Assembly (NCBI GenBank): GCA_965228475.1
Contig: OZ245817.1
Span: forward strand, 896,001 to 960,000
Direction of reading: 5' to 3'
Source of the DNA: Myxococcota bacterium
Lineage (GTDB): Bacteria > Myxococcota_A > UBA9160 > JAFDDA01
DNA length: 64,000 nucleotides
The notes under the pieces are model-generated. The model searched no databases, was not told the DNA's origin, and saw nothing but the letters and a program-made list of their open reading frames with translations. Shown here in pieces: positions 17,744 to 27,026 of this stretch. Made by a program: the position numbers and the translations under genes. Position 1 is the stretch's first letter; every line of letters begins with the position of its first letter.

Positions 17744-18355
17744 CTAGCGGGCGTGGGCGCGCAGACGGTCGAGCAGGGCGACGACGTCCTCGTGCAGCTC
17801 GTCCTGGCGCAGGGCGCGTGCGATCCGGCTCGCGGAGACCGGCCGGCCGACCGCCCGGGTCAGCGCGCCGTCGCGGCCGAGCAGCCGCTTGGCGTCGAGC
17901 CGCCGGTAAGCCGCCTCGTCGTCCTCGGGCGGCAGCTCCTCGCGCAGGAAGCGCTCGAGGCGGAAGCGCTCCCTCTTCGCCTCGACGCTCCGCCGGATCG
18001 CCTCGGCCACGAGCAGGTAGCTTTCGATGTGGCGGCGCTTCCAGACGTAGAAGTCGAGGCCGGGCTCTTCGTTCGCCGGATCGTCCGGGTCGTCGTGGTC
18101 CCGGTCGAGCACGCACAGGCCCGTGGCCTCGGCGTCGTCCGCGCGAACGCCGCGGAAGTGTTCGGCGGCGCGGTGGGGCTGCCGTCCGCCGAGGATGACC
18201 GCGCCGTCGACCAGGTCGAGGAGCTCCGGGGCGTGACGCTGGGTCCAGATGCGAAGGATGTCGCGGTCGCGGGCGCCTTCGACGTAGAGCACGAAGCCCG
18301 CCGGCTGGCTTTGGGGCGCGCTTCCGCTGCGGGCCTCTCTGGATCGCGGAGACAT
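17744..18355 (-). CDS. Stand-alone TOPRIM-like protein (resembles OLD-family nuclease C-terminal domain)
   Basis: VLYVEGARD, VLDRD and RRHIESYLL motifs. Confidence 0.6.
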   Translation of the reverse strand: MSPRSREARSGSAPQSQPAGFVLYVEGARDRDILRIWTQRHAPELLDLVDGAVILGGRQPHRAAEHFRGVRADDAEATGLCVLDRDHDDPDDPANEEPGLDFYVWKRRHIESYLLVAEAIRRSVEAKRERFRLERFLREELPPEDDEAAYRRLDAKRLLGRDGALTRAVGRPVSASRIARALRQDELHEDVVALLDRLRAHAR

Positions 18356-18418
18356 CGTCGAAACCTCTGAAGCCGGTTTCCCTCTAGGACACGTTTCGTC
18401 GCGGAAGGCGCCCCGACT

Positions 18419-19642
18419 TTAGCGGTCCGTCTCCGCGGACGCCCGGGTGAAGACCGCGAGCGCTTCGACGTGGGGCGTCTGGGGGAATAGGTCGAAACCG
18501 CGAGCGCGCGTGAGCACGTAGCCGAGCCCGGCGAGGGCGCCCGCATCGCGCGCGAGCGTGGCCGGGTCGCAGGAGAGGTAGACGAGCCGCGGAGCGTGGA
18601 GCTCGGCCAGCGGCTCGGCGGACCCGGCGGGCAGGCCGGTCCGTGGCGGGTCGAGGACGACGACCTCCGGCGCGGCTTCGCGCACGGACGCGCTCTCGAG
18701 GGCGGCTTCGACCGAGCTCGCGAGCACCTCGACCTGGGCGAGCTCCGCGGCCGCGAGGTTGCTCTCGAGGTCGCGCAGGGAGCGGCGGTCGCCCTCGACG
18801 GCGAGCACGCGCGAAAACCCGGCGGCGAGGCCGAGGGTCAGGTAGCCCGCGCCCGCGAAGAGCTCGAGCACGGTTCCGCCGCGGCCGGCCGCGGCCACGG
18901 TCTCCTCGGCGACCCGTTCGAACAGCGGCCCGTTCGCCTGACTGAACCCGCCGAGGGCGCACTCGAAGCGTTGGCCGAACACGCGCCGGGCGATGCGGGG
19001 CGGCCGCCCGCGCTGGCCCGCGACCGGCATCGCTTCGACCTGTCCATCGTCTCCGGCGGCGAGCCACCAATCCCCGAAGCGCCCGCGTGCGCGTCGCGGG
19101 AGCGTCGGAAGCACGGCTTCGAGCTCGGGCGCGAGCACCGGGCAGTGTTCGGTGGCGCACAGGGCGTGGGAGCGCCGGCGGCGGAAACCGGCGCGGCGCC
19201 CCTCGACCGCGACTCGGCTGCGAATCCGGTAGCCGTAGGCGCTCGGGCACGGCTCGACCGGGACCGCGCCGTCGAGGTCGAGGTGGCCGATGCGGCGCAG
19301 GGCGTCGGCGATGAAGTCCGCCTTCTGGGCGAGCTGCGCTTCGTAGGGGACGTGCTGCCAGGCGCAGCCGCCGCACTCGCCGAACACGGCGCACGGCGGT
19401 TCGACCCGCTCGCCCGGTTCGATCACGCGCACGATCTCGGCGCGTGCGAAGCGGGCGCGGTCGTCGACGATGCGGACGAGCACGCGGTCGCCGGGTGCGG
19501 TCAGCGGGACGAAGACCACCCGCCCCGAGGGTTCCCGCCCGACGCCGTCGCCCCCCGGCGAGAGGCGTTCGATGCGGAGCTCGACGGGTTCCGGCGCTTC
19601 GGGGCCGCTCGTGGGCTTCGGGTCAGTGTCCGGTTCCGCCAT
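18419..19642 (-). CDS. TRAM-domain RNA m5U methyltransferase (RlmD/TrmA family)
   Basis: TRAM N-terminus, CAVFGECGGC Fe-S motif, FSQAN, ELFAGAG, DPPRTG, YLSCDPATLARD, DLFPQTPHVE. Confidence 0.93.
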   Translation of the reverse strand: MAEPDTDPKPTSGPEAPEPVELRIERLSPGGDGVGREPSGRVVFVPLTAPGDRVLVRIVDDRARFARAEIVRVIEPGERVEPPCAVFGECGGCAWQHVPYEAQLAQKADFIADALRRIGHLDLDGAVPVEPCPSAYGYRIRSRVAVEGRRAGFRRRRSHALCATEHCPVLAPELEAVLPTLPRRARGRFGDWWLAAGDDGQVEAMPVAGQRGRPPRIARRVFGQRFECALGGFSQANGPLFERVAEETVAAAGRGGTVLELFAGAGYLTLGLAAGFSRVLAVEGDRRSLRDLESNLAAAELAQVEVLASSVEAALESASVREAAPEVVVLDPPRTGLPAGSAEPLAELHAPRLVYLSCDPATLARDAGALAGLGYVLTRARGFDLFPQTPHVEALAVFTRASAETDR

Positions 19643-20078
19643 GGGGCCCCCGGGCGTGCGGGTTCGGGGTGCCCTCGCCCGGCAGGGGGTCGAGGCGGAC
19701 GACGACGGCGCTCCCGACGTCGCGGAAGCTGCGGACGAGCGTCTCCGCCACCCCGTACTTCTCCGCGAGCTTCGTGTTGAGCTCCGCGCGCAGGGCGGCG
19801 TCCTCGACGGGCGTCGCGCGGTAGTGTCGGCTCCCGTCTTCGCGCTCCAGTTCGACGAGCGGATGCAGGATCAGGCGATCGAGCCACGCCGCCTGCGGGT
19901 CGCCGGCGCGCAGGTAGAGCGCGCCGTCGACGCCGTCCATCACCCAGAGCGTGCTCTCGTGGGCGCCGCCGTTCTCGTCCATCGTGTGCAGCGTGACGAG
20001 TTCGCCCATGGGGAACAGATAGGCCGCGGCGGTGGTGATGCAGAGGAACGCCACGAAGCCGAGCAGGAAGGTTCTCAC
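19623..20078 (-). CDS. Membrane-anchored split-barrel / deazaflavin-dependent nitroreductase-like protein (DUF2255-like)
   Basis: N-terminal TM, VTLHT...STLWV...LYLRAG...WLDRL...PLVEL...EKYG. GTG overlaps the upstream TGA. Confidence 0.55.
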   Translation of the reverse strand: MRTFLLGFVAFLCITTAAAYLFPMGELVTLHTMDENGGAHESTLWVMDGVDGALYLRAGDPQAAWLDRLILHPLVELEREDGSRHYRATPVEDAALRAELNTKLAEKYGVAETLVRSFRDVGSAVVVRLDPLPGEGTPNPHARGPHGGTGH

Positions 20079-21988
20079 GCGTTCTCCTCCGGCCCGGCGA
20101 AGCCGAGTGCTTCGAGTTCCCCGCGCAGCTCGCTGCCGGGGGCGAGCAGGCGGCGGAGCCGCGCGACGGCCGGGAGATCCCGGCGCGCGCGCGGCACGAC
20201 GAGGTCGTAGTGCTCGTCCTGCAGCGGATGGAAGGAAAGTCCGGCGCCCTTCGCCACGGTCTCGATCGTGACTCCCCAATCCGCGCGGCCCTGGGCCACC
20301 GCGGCCGCGACGGCGTAGTGGGAACGCGGCTCGTAGGCATGGCCCGGAGGCCGTGCGTCGCCGAGCAGCCGGTCGATCAACACGCGCGTACCGCTGCCCC
20401 GGTTGCGGTTCACCATGCGCCGGTGCGGGTCGGCCACGAGCGTCTCCGGCGTGGCCTCCTCTCCCGGGCGGGTCACGATGCCCTGCATGCGGCGGTAGCC
20501 GGGGAGAAGCTCGAGGCTCTCGTCCAGGAACGGGCGGTTGTACTCGCCGGTCTCCGGGTCGAGGAGGTGGATGGGGGCGACGTCGCACTCGCCGCGCTGG
20601 GCCGCGGCCAGGCCGGCCTGGCTGCCGACCGCCATCAGCTTCACGCGCAGGCCTTCGCGGGCGAGCGCGCTCGCGATGCGGTCGAGTCCCGCGCAGTGGC
20701 TCCCGATCACGACGAGATCGGCGACGGTGAGGTCGCGCCCGATCAGGGTGACGTCGACCTCGGCGCGCTCTTCGACGATCTCGACGTTGCGCGGGATGCG
20801 GACGAACCCATCGGCGCGGCTGAAGGCGGTGACGCTTCCGCTGCCCTTGCCCATGGGCCAGGCCGCAAGCCCGCCGGCGGCCCGCTCCGAGTGGACGAGC
20901 CCGACGAGCAGGTATTCGAGGCGGCCGCGGTCGGACTGCACCGGGAGCGCGAGCTCCGCCTGCCGCGCTTCGCTGCGCTCCGGCGGCAGGCCCGCCATCG
21001 CGCGCACGACCGGCGCCACGAACTCGTGGAACGTGAAGACGGCCGAAGTCGGAAAGCCGGGCAGGATGACGACGGGCTTGTTCCCCTGGGCAGCGAGGCA
21101 GATCGGCTTGCCGGGCTTGAGCGCGACGCCGTGCACGAGAATGCCCGGCTCGAGCTCGTCGACGACCCGCGCGCACAGGTCGCCTTCGCCCTTCGAGGTT
21201 CCGCCCGAGAGCAGGACCACGTCGGCATCGGCCACCGCGCGGGTGAGCGCATCGCGCAGGGCCGCCTCGTCGTCGCGGAAGGCCCCGAGGAACCAGGGGT
21301 CGCCGCCGAGCTCCCGGACCGCGTCGGCCAGGATGCGGCCGTTCGAGTCGAAGACCAGGCCGGGCCGCATGGACTCGCCCGGTTGGACGATCTCGTCCCC
21401 CGTCGAGAGGATGGCGACGCGCGGCCGGCGGTGGACCGCCACCGCCTCGCAGCCGATGGCGGCCAGCACGCCGGTCTCCCGGGAGGTCAGGCGCGTCCCG
21501 GCGAAGAGCACCGTCTCGCCGCTTCCGACGTCGGTTCCGGCGAACGAGATCGCCTGGCCCGGGACGGCGGCCTTGTTGACGACGATCGTCGCGCCGTCCT
21601 CCTCGAGATCCGTGTGCTCGACGGGCACGACCGCATTCGCGCCGCGCGGAAGCATGCCGCCGGTGGCGATGGTCGTCGCGGTGCCGGGCTTCACCTCGAT
21701 CTTCGGCTCGATGCCCGTCGGGATCGTCTCGGTGTTGGCGGTGAGCCGAAGCGGCGTCGCCTCGGCGGCGCCGAAGGTGTCCTCGGCCCGCACCGCGAAG
21801 CCGTCCATGTTCGAGCGGTCGAAGCCCGGCACGTCGGGCTCGGCCGTGACGTCGCGCGCGAGCACGCGGCCGAGGGCCTCGGCCAGGGGCACGGTCTCCT
21901 CGCGCGTCGCCGGCGTCTCGATGACGGTTCGCCAGCGTCGCTCGGCCTCGTCGCGGTCGAGGGCGGTCAGGAACTGGGTCTGCTTCAC
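20075..21988 (-). CDS. moeA: MoeA fused to a C-terminal periplasmic-binding-protein (LysR-substrate-like) domain
   Basis: PGFDRSNMDGFAV, STGDEI, SGGTSKG, KPGKP, LPGFP; C-terminal GSHC...APIHLLD...VNRNRGSGTR...AVAQGRADWG. Confidence 0.92.
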   Translation of the reverse strand: MKQTQFLTALDRDEAERRWRTVIETPATREETVPLAEALGRVLARDVTAEPDVPGFDRSNMDGFAVRAEDTFGAAEATPLRLTANTETIPTGIEPKIEVKPGTATTIATGGMLPRGANAVVPVEHTDLEEDGATIVVNKAAVPGQAISFAGTDVGSGETVLFAGTRLTSRETGVLAAIGCEAVAVHRRPRVAILSTGDEIVQPGESMRPGLVFDSNGRILADAVRELGGDPWFLGAFRDDEAALRDALTRAVADADVVLLSGGTSKGEGDLCARVVDELEPGILVHGVALKPGKPICLAAQGNKPVVILPGFPTSAVFTFHEFVAPVVRAMAGLPPERSEARQAELALPVQSDRGRLEYLLVGLVHSERAAGGLAAWPMGKGSGSVTAFSRADGFVRIPRNVEIVEERAEVDVTLIGRDLTVADLVVIGSHCAGLDRIASALAREGLRVKLMAVGSQAGLAAAQRGECDVAPIHLLDPETGEYNRPFLDESLELLPGYRRMQGIVTRPGEEATPETLVADPHRRMVNRNRGSGTRVLIDRLLGDARPPGHAYEPRSHYAVAAAVAQGRADWGVTIETVAKGAGLSFHPLQDEHYDLVVPRARRDLPAVARLRRLLAPGSELRGELEALGFAGPEENA

Positions 21989-21995
21989 GCCGGGC

Positions 21996-23294
21996 TCACT
22001 CGTTGCCGCCGACGGGCCCGGCCCCCGGGGCCGGCGTCCGCGCGCCCGCGCCGCGCTCCGGGGCCGGCGCATCGTCGTAGAGCAGGACCTCGACCTCCGC
22101 CCACTCGGGGTAGCCCTCGGCCTCGCGGGGGACGATCACGCAGCCGTCGGCGCGCACCGTCGAAGACAGGATCGAAGCGCCCGAGGTCGCCAGGGGCACG
22201 ATGCGTCCGTCGACGATCTGCACGCGGACGTAGTCCGTGCGCCCGAGGGAGGAGCTGATCTTCTTCGCGAGGGCCGCCTTCGTGCGGCGGTGAGGCCAGG
22301 CGCGCGAGCGTCCGCCGAGCGCGCGGATCGTCGGCCCGGCGAAGAACTCGTAGGCGCACAGGCACGAGACCGGGTTTCCGGGCAGGAGGAAGACGGGCCG
22401 CCCTTCGACGCGGCCGATGCCCGAGGGGCTCGAGGGCCGCATGGCGATGCCGTGGAAGTCGAGCGTGCCGAGCTCGGCGAGGAGGCGCGGCGCGTGGTCT
22501 TCGCGCCCGACCGAGCTGCCTCCCGAGACGAGCACCACGTCGGCCTCGCCCGCGGCGATGGCTTCGCGGATGCGCTCGGGTTCGTCCGGCAGGATCTCGA
22601 AGGGCAGGGTCGTCCCGCCATCGCGCGCGACGAGGGCACGCAGCATGACCGAGTTGCTGTCGACGATCTGGACCCCGCTCGGGACGCTGCCGGCCGCGAG
22701 GAGTTCGTCTCCGGTCACGACGAGCCGGACCCGCGGCGAGCGCACGCAGGAGACCTCGGCCACGCCGATCGAGGCCAAGAGCGCCGCGTCCTGGGGCCGG
22801 AGCACGCGGCCGGGCTCGAGCACGCGCTCGCCCGAGCGGATGTCTTCGCCCACCGCGCCGACGTTCTTCCGGGGAGCGACGGCTTCGCGCACGAGAACCG
22901 CGCCTTCGTCTTCTTCGCAGACTTCGGCCATGACCACGGCATCGGCGCCGGCGGGAACCGGCGCGCCCGTCATGATGCGGACGGCCTGGTTCGGAAGCAC
23001 CTCTTCGGCCGCCGGGCGTCCGGGCATGGACTCGCCGACGAGCTCGAGGCGGATCGGGTCGAAGGGGGAGGCGCCGAAGGTGTCCTCGCCGCGGACGGCG
23101 TAGCCGTCCATGGCCGAGCGGTCGAAGCCCGGCACGTCGACGCCGGCCGCGACGGGCTCGGCCAGCACGCGGCCCACGCACGCGGCCAGAGCCACGGTCT
23201 CGGCGGGCAGGCCGATGAACTGCTCGGCCAGGAAGCGTTCGACGTCCTCGACGTCCGCCCGCTCCGCGAAGCCGCGCATCCGGACGTCACGCAT
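21996..23294 (-). CDS. moeA: Molybdopterin molybdo/tungstotransferase MoeA
   Basis: PGFDRSAMDGYAV, IMTGAPVPAGADAVV, TGDEL, SGGSSVG, LPGNPVS. Confidence 0.94.
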   Translation of the reverse strand: MRDVRMRGFAERADVEDVERFLAEQFIGLPAETVALAACVGRVLAEPVAAGVDVPGFDRSAMDGYAVRGEDTFGASPFDPIRLELVGESMPGRPAAEEVLPNQAVRIMTGAPVPAGADAVVMAEVCEEDEGAVLVREAVAPRKNVGAVGEDIRSGERVLEPGRVLRPQDAALLASIGVAEVSCVRSPRVRLVVTGDELLAAGSVPSGVQIVDSNSVMLRALVARDGGTTLPFEILPDEPERIREAIAAGEADVVLVSGGSSVGREDHAPRLLAELGTLDFHGIAMRPSSPSGIGRVEGRPVFLLPGNPVSCLCAYEFFAGPTIRALGGRSRAWPHRRTKAALAKKISSSLGRTDYVRVQIVDGRIVPLATSGASILSSTVRADGCVIVPREAEGYPEWAEVEVLLYDDAPAPERGAGARTPAPGAGPVGGNE

Positions 23295-23349
23295 GGAATC
23301 CCTCGACCCTTCGTGGCGCCGTGAAGATCCGGGGCGCCGACCCCTCGAA

Positions 23350-25083
23350 TCAGCCCGTCGCCTTGGTGGCCCAGAGCTCGTCGCGCGCCGGGAACCGCTT
23401 GGCCTTGGCTTCCGCCACGACGTCGGCGCTCACGTCGAACTTGAGCGCGTTGTCCGGGCCGATGCCTTCGTCCGTGATGCACGCCGGCAGCACGTCGTCC
23501 TCGGCCGTGAAGCCGGCGCCCTCGTTGAACTTCCACTCGTCCGCCAGGCACTGCCAGCCGATGTCGGCGACCTGCTCCTTGGTGACCTCTTCGCCGTAGA
23601 GGCTCGAGTAGAAGCCGGCGATCTCGGGCATGTTCGGCTGGAGGAACTGGCAGAAACCCGACGAATCGCAGGCCGCGTTCACGAGCTGCGATTCCTGGGA
23701 AGCCTGGGCGAACTCCTCGGGCGGCAGGCCCGGGTTCACGATCAGGCCGGCGGTGTGGTCGCCGCCCATGGGGCTCGTGCAGTACGTGACGCCCGTGGCC
23801 TTGAGCGGGCGCGGGTCCCAGGCGGGGAGGGCCTGGCCCTTCGCCACCGGCACGCGGTGGTGCTTCTGCTTCTTTCCGATCGAGACGGCACCGTTGCCGA
23901 TCGCCTTGCCGAGCTCGGTGCCCTCGGCGATCTCGCGCAGGATGCGCTTCGCGCCCTCCGCGTCGCCGTACTCCATCGCACCGGAGTCCATGAAGATGGC
24001 GATCGCCGCGCCGGTCTCGATGGTGTCGAGGCCGACCTCGTCACAGAGCCGGTCGAGGTCCGCGACGTCCTCCCAGCTCGCGATGCCGCAGCAGGAGCCG
24101 AGCAGGGTCAGGGTCTCGAACTCGAGGGCCGAGGTCTTGTAGTTGCCGTCCGCGTCGTGCACGACGTTCGAGCACTGGACGATGCAGCCGGTCATGCAGT
24201 TGTGCATGCCGCCGCCGCGCGTCTCGAAGCTCTCGACGATGCGAGCGCCGTCGAGGGTCTGGGCGTCGGGCGACTGGCCCTCGGTGCGGTTCTTGTAGGG
24301 GAAGGTGTTGAGCATGTTCGCGACGGGCACGATCGCGCTCGTCCCGTACTTGAACATGTTGGCCTTCGGGCCCTCGCGGAACTCCTTCGTGTAGCTCTTG
24401 CACAGGCCGAAGAAGGCCTTGGTGTCCGCCGGGCGCCGGACGGCGGCCTTGCCCGGGTCGACCATCACGTACTTCAGGCCCTTGCTGCCCATGACGGCGC
24501 CGAGGCCGCCGCGCGCCGCGTGGCGGGCCGGGCGGCGATCCTGGTCCGCATCCGTGCAGGCGACCGAGGCGCCCGAGAGCTTCATCTCGCCGGCGGGACC
24601 GATCGAGATGAACGAGGCGGTCTCGCTGTACTTCTTGGTGAGGTGCTCGATCAGGGCGTAGTTCCACATGCCCTTGGAATCATCGGCCTCGACCACCGCG
24701 AGTTCGTCGCCGTTCACCTCGAGGGCGTAGCGCTTCTCCGGGTCCGCGGGCTGGCCCTTCACGATCACCACGCGGTAGCCGAGCTTCATCAGGTCCTGGC
24801 CCGGGTTGCCGCCGGCGTTGGCCTCCTTGATGCCGCCGGTCAGCGGGCTCTTGCCGCCGATCGAGATGCGCCCCGAGGTGGGCGCCGCGGTTCCCGAGAG
24901 CACGCCGGGCGCCATGACGAGGACGTTGTCCGGGCCGAGCGGGTCGCACTGGGGGTCGCATTCCTCGAGGAGGATGCGCGCCGAGAGGGCTCGGCCGCCC
25001 AGGAGCTTCCACTCCGCGGGGTACGGCTCGGCCGTCGCGGTCAGGTTCGTCATGTCGACGCGAATCAGGCGGTCCTCGGACAC
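23350..25083 (-). CDS. aor: Aldehyde:ferredoxin oxidoreductase family (W/Mo-bis-pyranopterin, 4Fe-4S)
   Basis: KSPLTGGIKEANAGG, SIGPAGE, RGGLGAVMGSKGLK, CMTGCIVQC, EFETL, LCDEVGLDTIETG, DSSGFCQF. Start GTG 25083 after GGAGGAG. Confidence 0.92.
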   Translation of the reverse strand: MSEDRLIRVDMTNLTATAEPYPAEWKLLGGRALSARILLEECDPQCDPLGPDNVLVMAPGVLSGTAAPTSGRISIGGKSPLTGGIKEANAGGNPGQDLMKLGYRVVIVKGQPADPEKRYALEVNGDELAVVEADDSKGMWNYALIEHLTKKYSETASFISIGPAGEMKLSGASVACTDADQDRRPARHAARGGLGAVMGSKGLKYVMVDPGKAAVRRPADTKAFFGLCKSYTKEFREGPKANMFKYGTSAIVPVANMLNTFPYKNRTEGQSPDAQTLDGARIVESFETRGGGMHNCMTGCIVQCSNVVHDADGNYKTSALEFETLTLLGSCCGIASWEDVADLDRLCDEVGLDTIETGAAIAIFMDSGAMEYGDAEGAKRILREIAEGTELGKAIGNGAVSIGKKQKHHRVPVAKGQALPAWDPRPLKATGVTYCTSPMGGDHTAGLIVNPGLPPEEFAQASQESQLVNAACDSSGFCQFLQPNMPEIAGFYSSLYGEEVTKEQVADIGWQCLADEWKFNEGAGFTAEDDVLPACITDEGIGPDNALKFDVSADVVAEAKAKRFPARDELWATKATG

Positions 25084-25096
25084 GGGTGGGCTCCTC

Positions 25097-25132
25097 CGGC
25101 TCTTGGCGCTCGTTCGGCTCTGGGCACTCGTT
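25097..25132. repeat. 18-bp imperfect tandem repeat in the moaD-aor spacer, abutting the aor RBS
   Basis: cggctcttggcgctcgtt then cggctctgggcactcgtt. Confidence 0.8.
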
Positions 25133-25155
25133 CGGGATGTGAAGGGCACATCCTA

Positions 25156-25416
25156 TCAGCCACCGGCGATGGCGGCGAGCACCTCCACTTCGTCGTTTTC
25201 GGCGACGGGGGCCTCGGGCGGCGCCTGATCGCCGTTCACGAAGAGCTTCACGAAGGTGTGGGGGCTGCCGTCCGCGGCGAAGATCAGCGGGCCGAAGCCG
25301 GGGTGCGCGGCCTCGACGGCATCGAGGCATTCGCGGACCGTGGCTCCGGCGACCTCGAGCACGTCGATGCCGCCGGTGGGGCCCCGGTAGGGCGGCGGGA
25401 TGAGGACTTTCGGCAT
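25156..25416 (-). CDS. MoaD/ThiS-family sulfur carrier
   Basis: 86 aa, ubiquitin-like pattern, C-terminal IAGG. Confidence 0.92.
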   Translation of the reverse strand: MPKVLIPPPYRGPTGGIDVLEVAGATVRECLDAVEAAHPGFGPLIFAADGSPHTFVKLFVNGDQAPPEAPVAENDEVEVLAAIAGG

Positions 25417-25425
25417 GCCCGAACC

Positions 25426-27006
25426 CTACCGCGCAGCGGCGTCCGCGTCTCCCGCCGGGGGCGCCGGGCCGTCTTCGGCACGGGCCGCGGCCTCTTCGCC
25501 CGGGGCGTCACTCGCCTCCTCGGCTTCCGGGCGCGGGCGGGGCACCCACCGCTCCGGGACCGCCACCTTCACGAGGAAATCCTCCGGGAGACCCTCGCCC
25601 ACGGCGAGCCCGTTCATCAGGGCGGTCTCGTCCCGGCCCCATTGATTGAGCGTCCGTGCCGAGAGCCCGTCGATGGACTCGCGGGGGCGCGTCTCGGCGA
25701 CGCGGAGCCGCGTCACGCGCACGCCGTCGCGCTCGCTGTCCGAGAGCCGCCGGAAGCTCCGCGCGGTGCGGCTCGTCGACGAGGTCTGGATCAACCGGGT
25801 CGGTGGCACGACGTGCAGGATCCGGTAGATGGCCCCGCCGTGGGCGATCCAGGTGGCGTCCGCCTTCATCTTCTTGCCGCCGACCTCGACCACGGTGCGC
25901 GCGCGGAACGCCGCGTTGCCGTGGATGACCCGGTTCTCCTCGTCACTGAACTTCGCCTCGGTCTTCTCGGCGTACTCGCGGGCGGCGGCCTCGGGGTCTT
26001 CGCCCTTGCCCTGGAGCTCGAGGATCACCATGGCATCGCGCCGCGGGGAGACCGCACGGACCGCGCTGGCTTCGTTCACCGTTCGCCAGCCGTCGGGGAA
26101 GCGCAGGGTGAAGCCGAGCCCGGGGTGGAGGAAGCGGGACCCCTGGAAGTAGCCCTCGTCGGGGTTCGGCCCGACCACGATGCCTTCGACGTTCTCGAGG
26201 TAGGTCTCGCGGCCGCGTTCGTCGTCGGGCAGGGGCGTGGCGTGCTCGTAGCGGACCTTCGCGTTGGCTTCGCGCTCGAGGCTCCCGGGGTGCGTGTCGA
26301 AGTAGCCGCCGGAGCGCGAGGCGCCGTGTTCGAAGCGCGTGAGCTGATCGAGGGAGCGCAGGAAGCTCGCCATCGCGAGCGGATCCCAGCCGGCATCGCG
26401 GGCGATCGCCTGGCCGAGGGCGTCGGCCTCGCGCTCCTGGTCCCGGGTGTACGCGGCGAGCATGCCGTGGCCGGCGATGAGGAACCCCTGGGCCGCGACC
26501 ACGGCGCCGCCCGGGCCGCCCGCGAGGGCCCCGGCCAGCACGGCGAGGGCCCCGAGCCACTTCGTCTTGCGCACCTCGAGTTCCCGGTAGGCGTGATGCT
26601 GCAGGGCGACGTGCGCGATCTCGTGGGCGAGCACGTTCGCGAGCTCCTCCTCGGAGTTCGCCAGGGCGAGGAGCCCGCGGGAGACGTAGATGTGGCCGCC
26701 GGGGAGGGCGAAGGCGTTCGGCTCCTGCATCTCGACGACGTTGAAGCGGTACTTCACGTCGCGCCGCGGCGAGTTGCGGGCGAGGCGTTCGCCCACGTCC
26801 TCGACGTACTCGATCACGTCGTCGTTGCCGATCCGGCCGAGGGTCCGGGCGATGGCGGTCGCGGCCTCTTCGCCGACCTCCTCCTCCTTCGCCGTCGACA
26901 TCAGCACGTTGTGGGAGCGGGCGAGCTCGCGCTGGGATTCGCAGCCCGCGAGCCAGGGCAAGCCGAGCAGGGCAAGCAGCAAGGGAATCGACCGGGGCCA
27001 GCGCAT
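25426..27006 (-). CDS. M48-family metalloprotease lipoprotein with C-terminal extension
   Basis: Lipobox LAGC, PNAFALPGG, HEIAH, EREAD, THPG. Confidence 0.9.
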   Translation of the reverse strand: MRWPRSIPLLLALLGLPWLAGCESQRELARSHNVLMSTAKEEEVGEEAATAIARTLGRIGNDDVIEYVEDVGERLARNSPRRDVKYRFNVVEMQEPNAFALPGGHIYVSRGLLALANSEEELANVLAHEIAHVALQHHAYRELEVRKTKWLGALAVLAGALAGGPGGAVVAAQGFLIAGHGMLAAYTRDQEREADALGQAIARDAGWDPLAMASFLRSLDQLTRFEHGASRSGGYFDTHPGSLEREANAKVRYEHATPLPDDERGRETYLENVEGIVVGPNPDEGYFQGSRFLHPGLGFTLRFPDGWRTVNEASAVRAVSPRRDAMVILELQGKGEDPEAAAREYAEKTEAKFSDEENRVIHGNAAFRARTVVEVGGKKMKADATWIAHGGAIYRILHVVPPTRLIQTSSTSRTARSFRRLSDSERDGVRVTRLRVAETRPRESIDGLSARTLNQWGRDETALMNGLAVGEGLPEDFLVKVAVPERWVPRPRPEAEEASDAPGEEAAARAEDGPAPPAGDADAAAR

Positions 27007-27026
27007 GCGGCCTATACTCGCCGATC

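Noticed and set aside
17744..18355. TOPRIM gene as a complete Gabija/OLD defence system or island
   Set aside because: No ATPase or helicase partner, no mobility genes, and no compositional shift around it.
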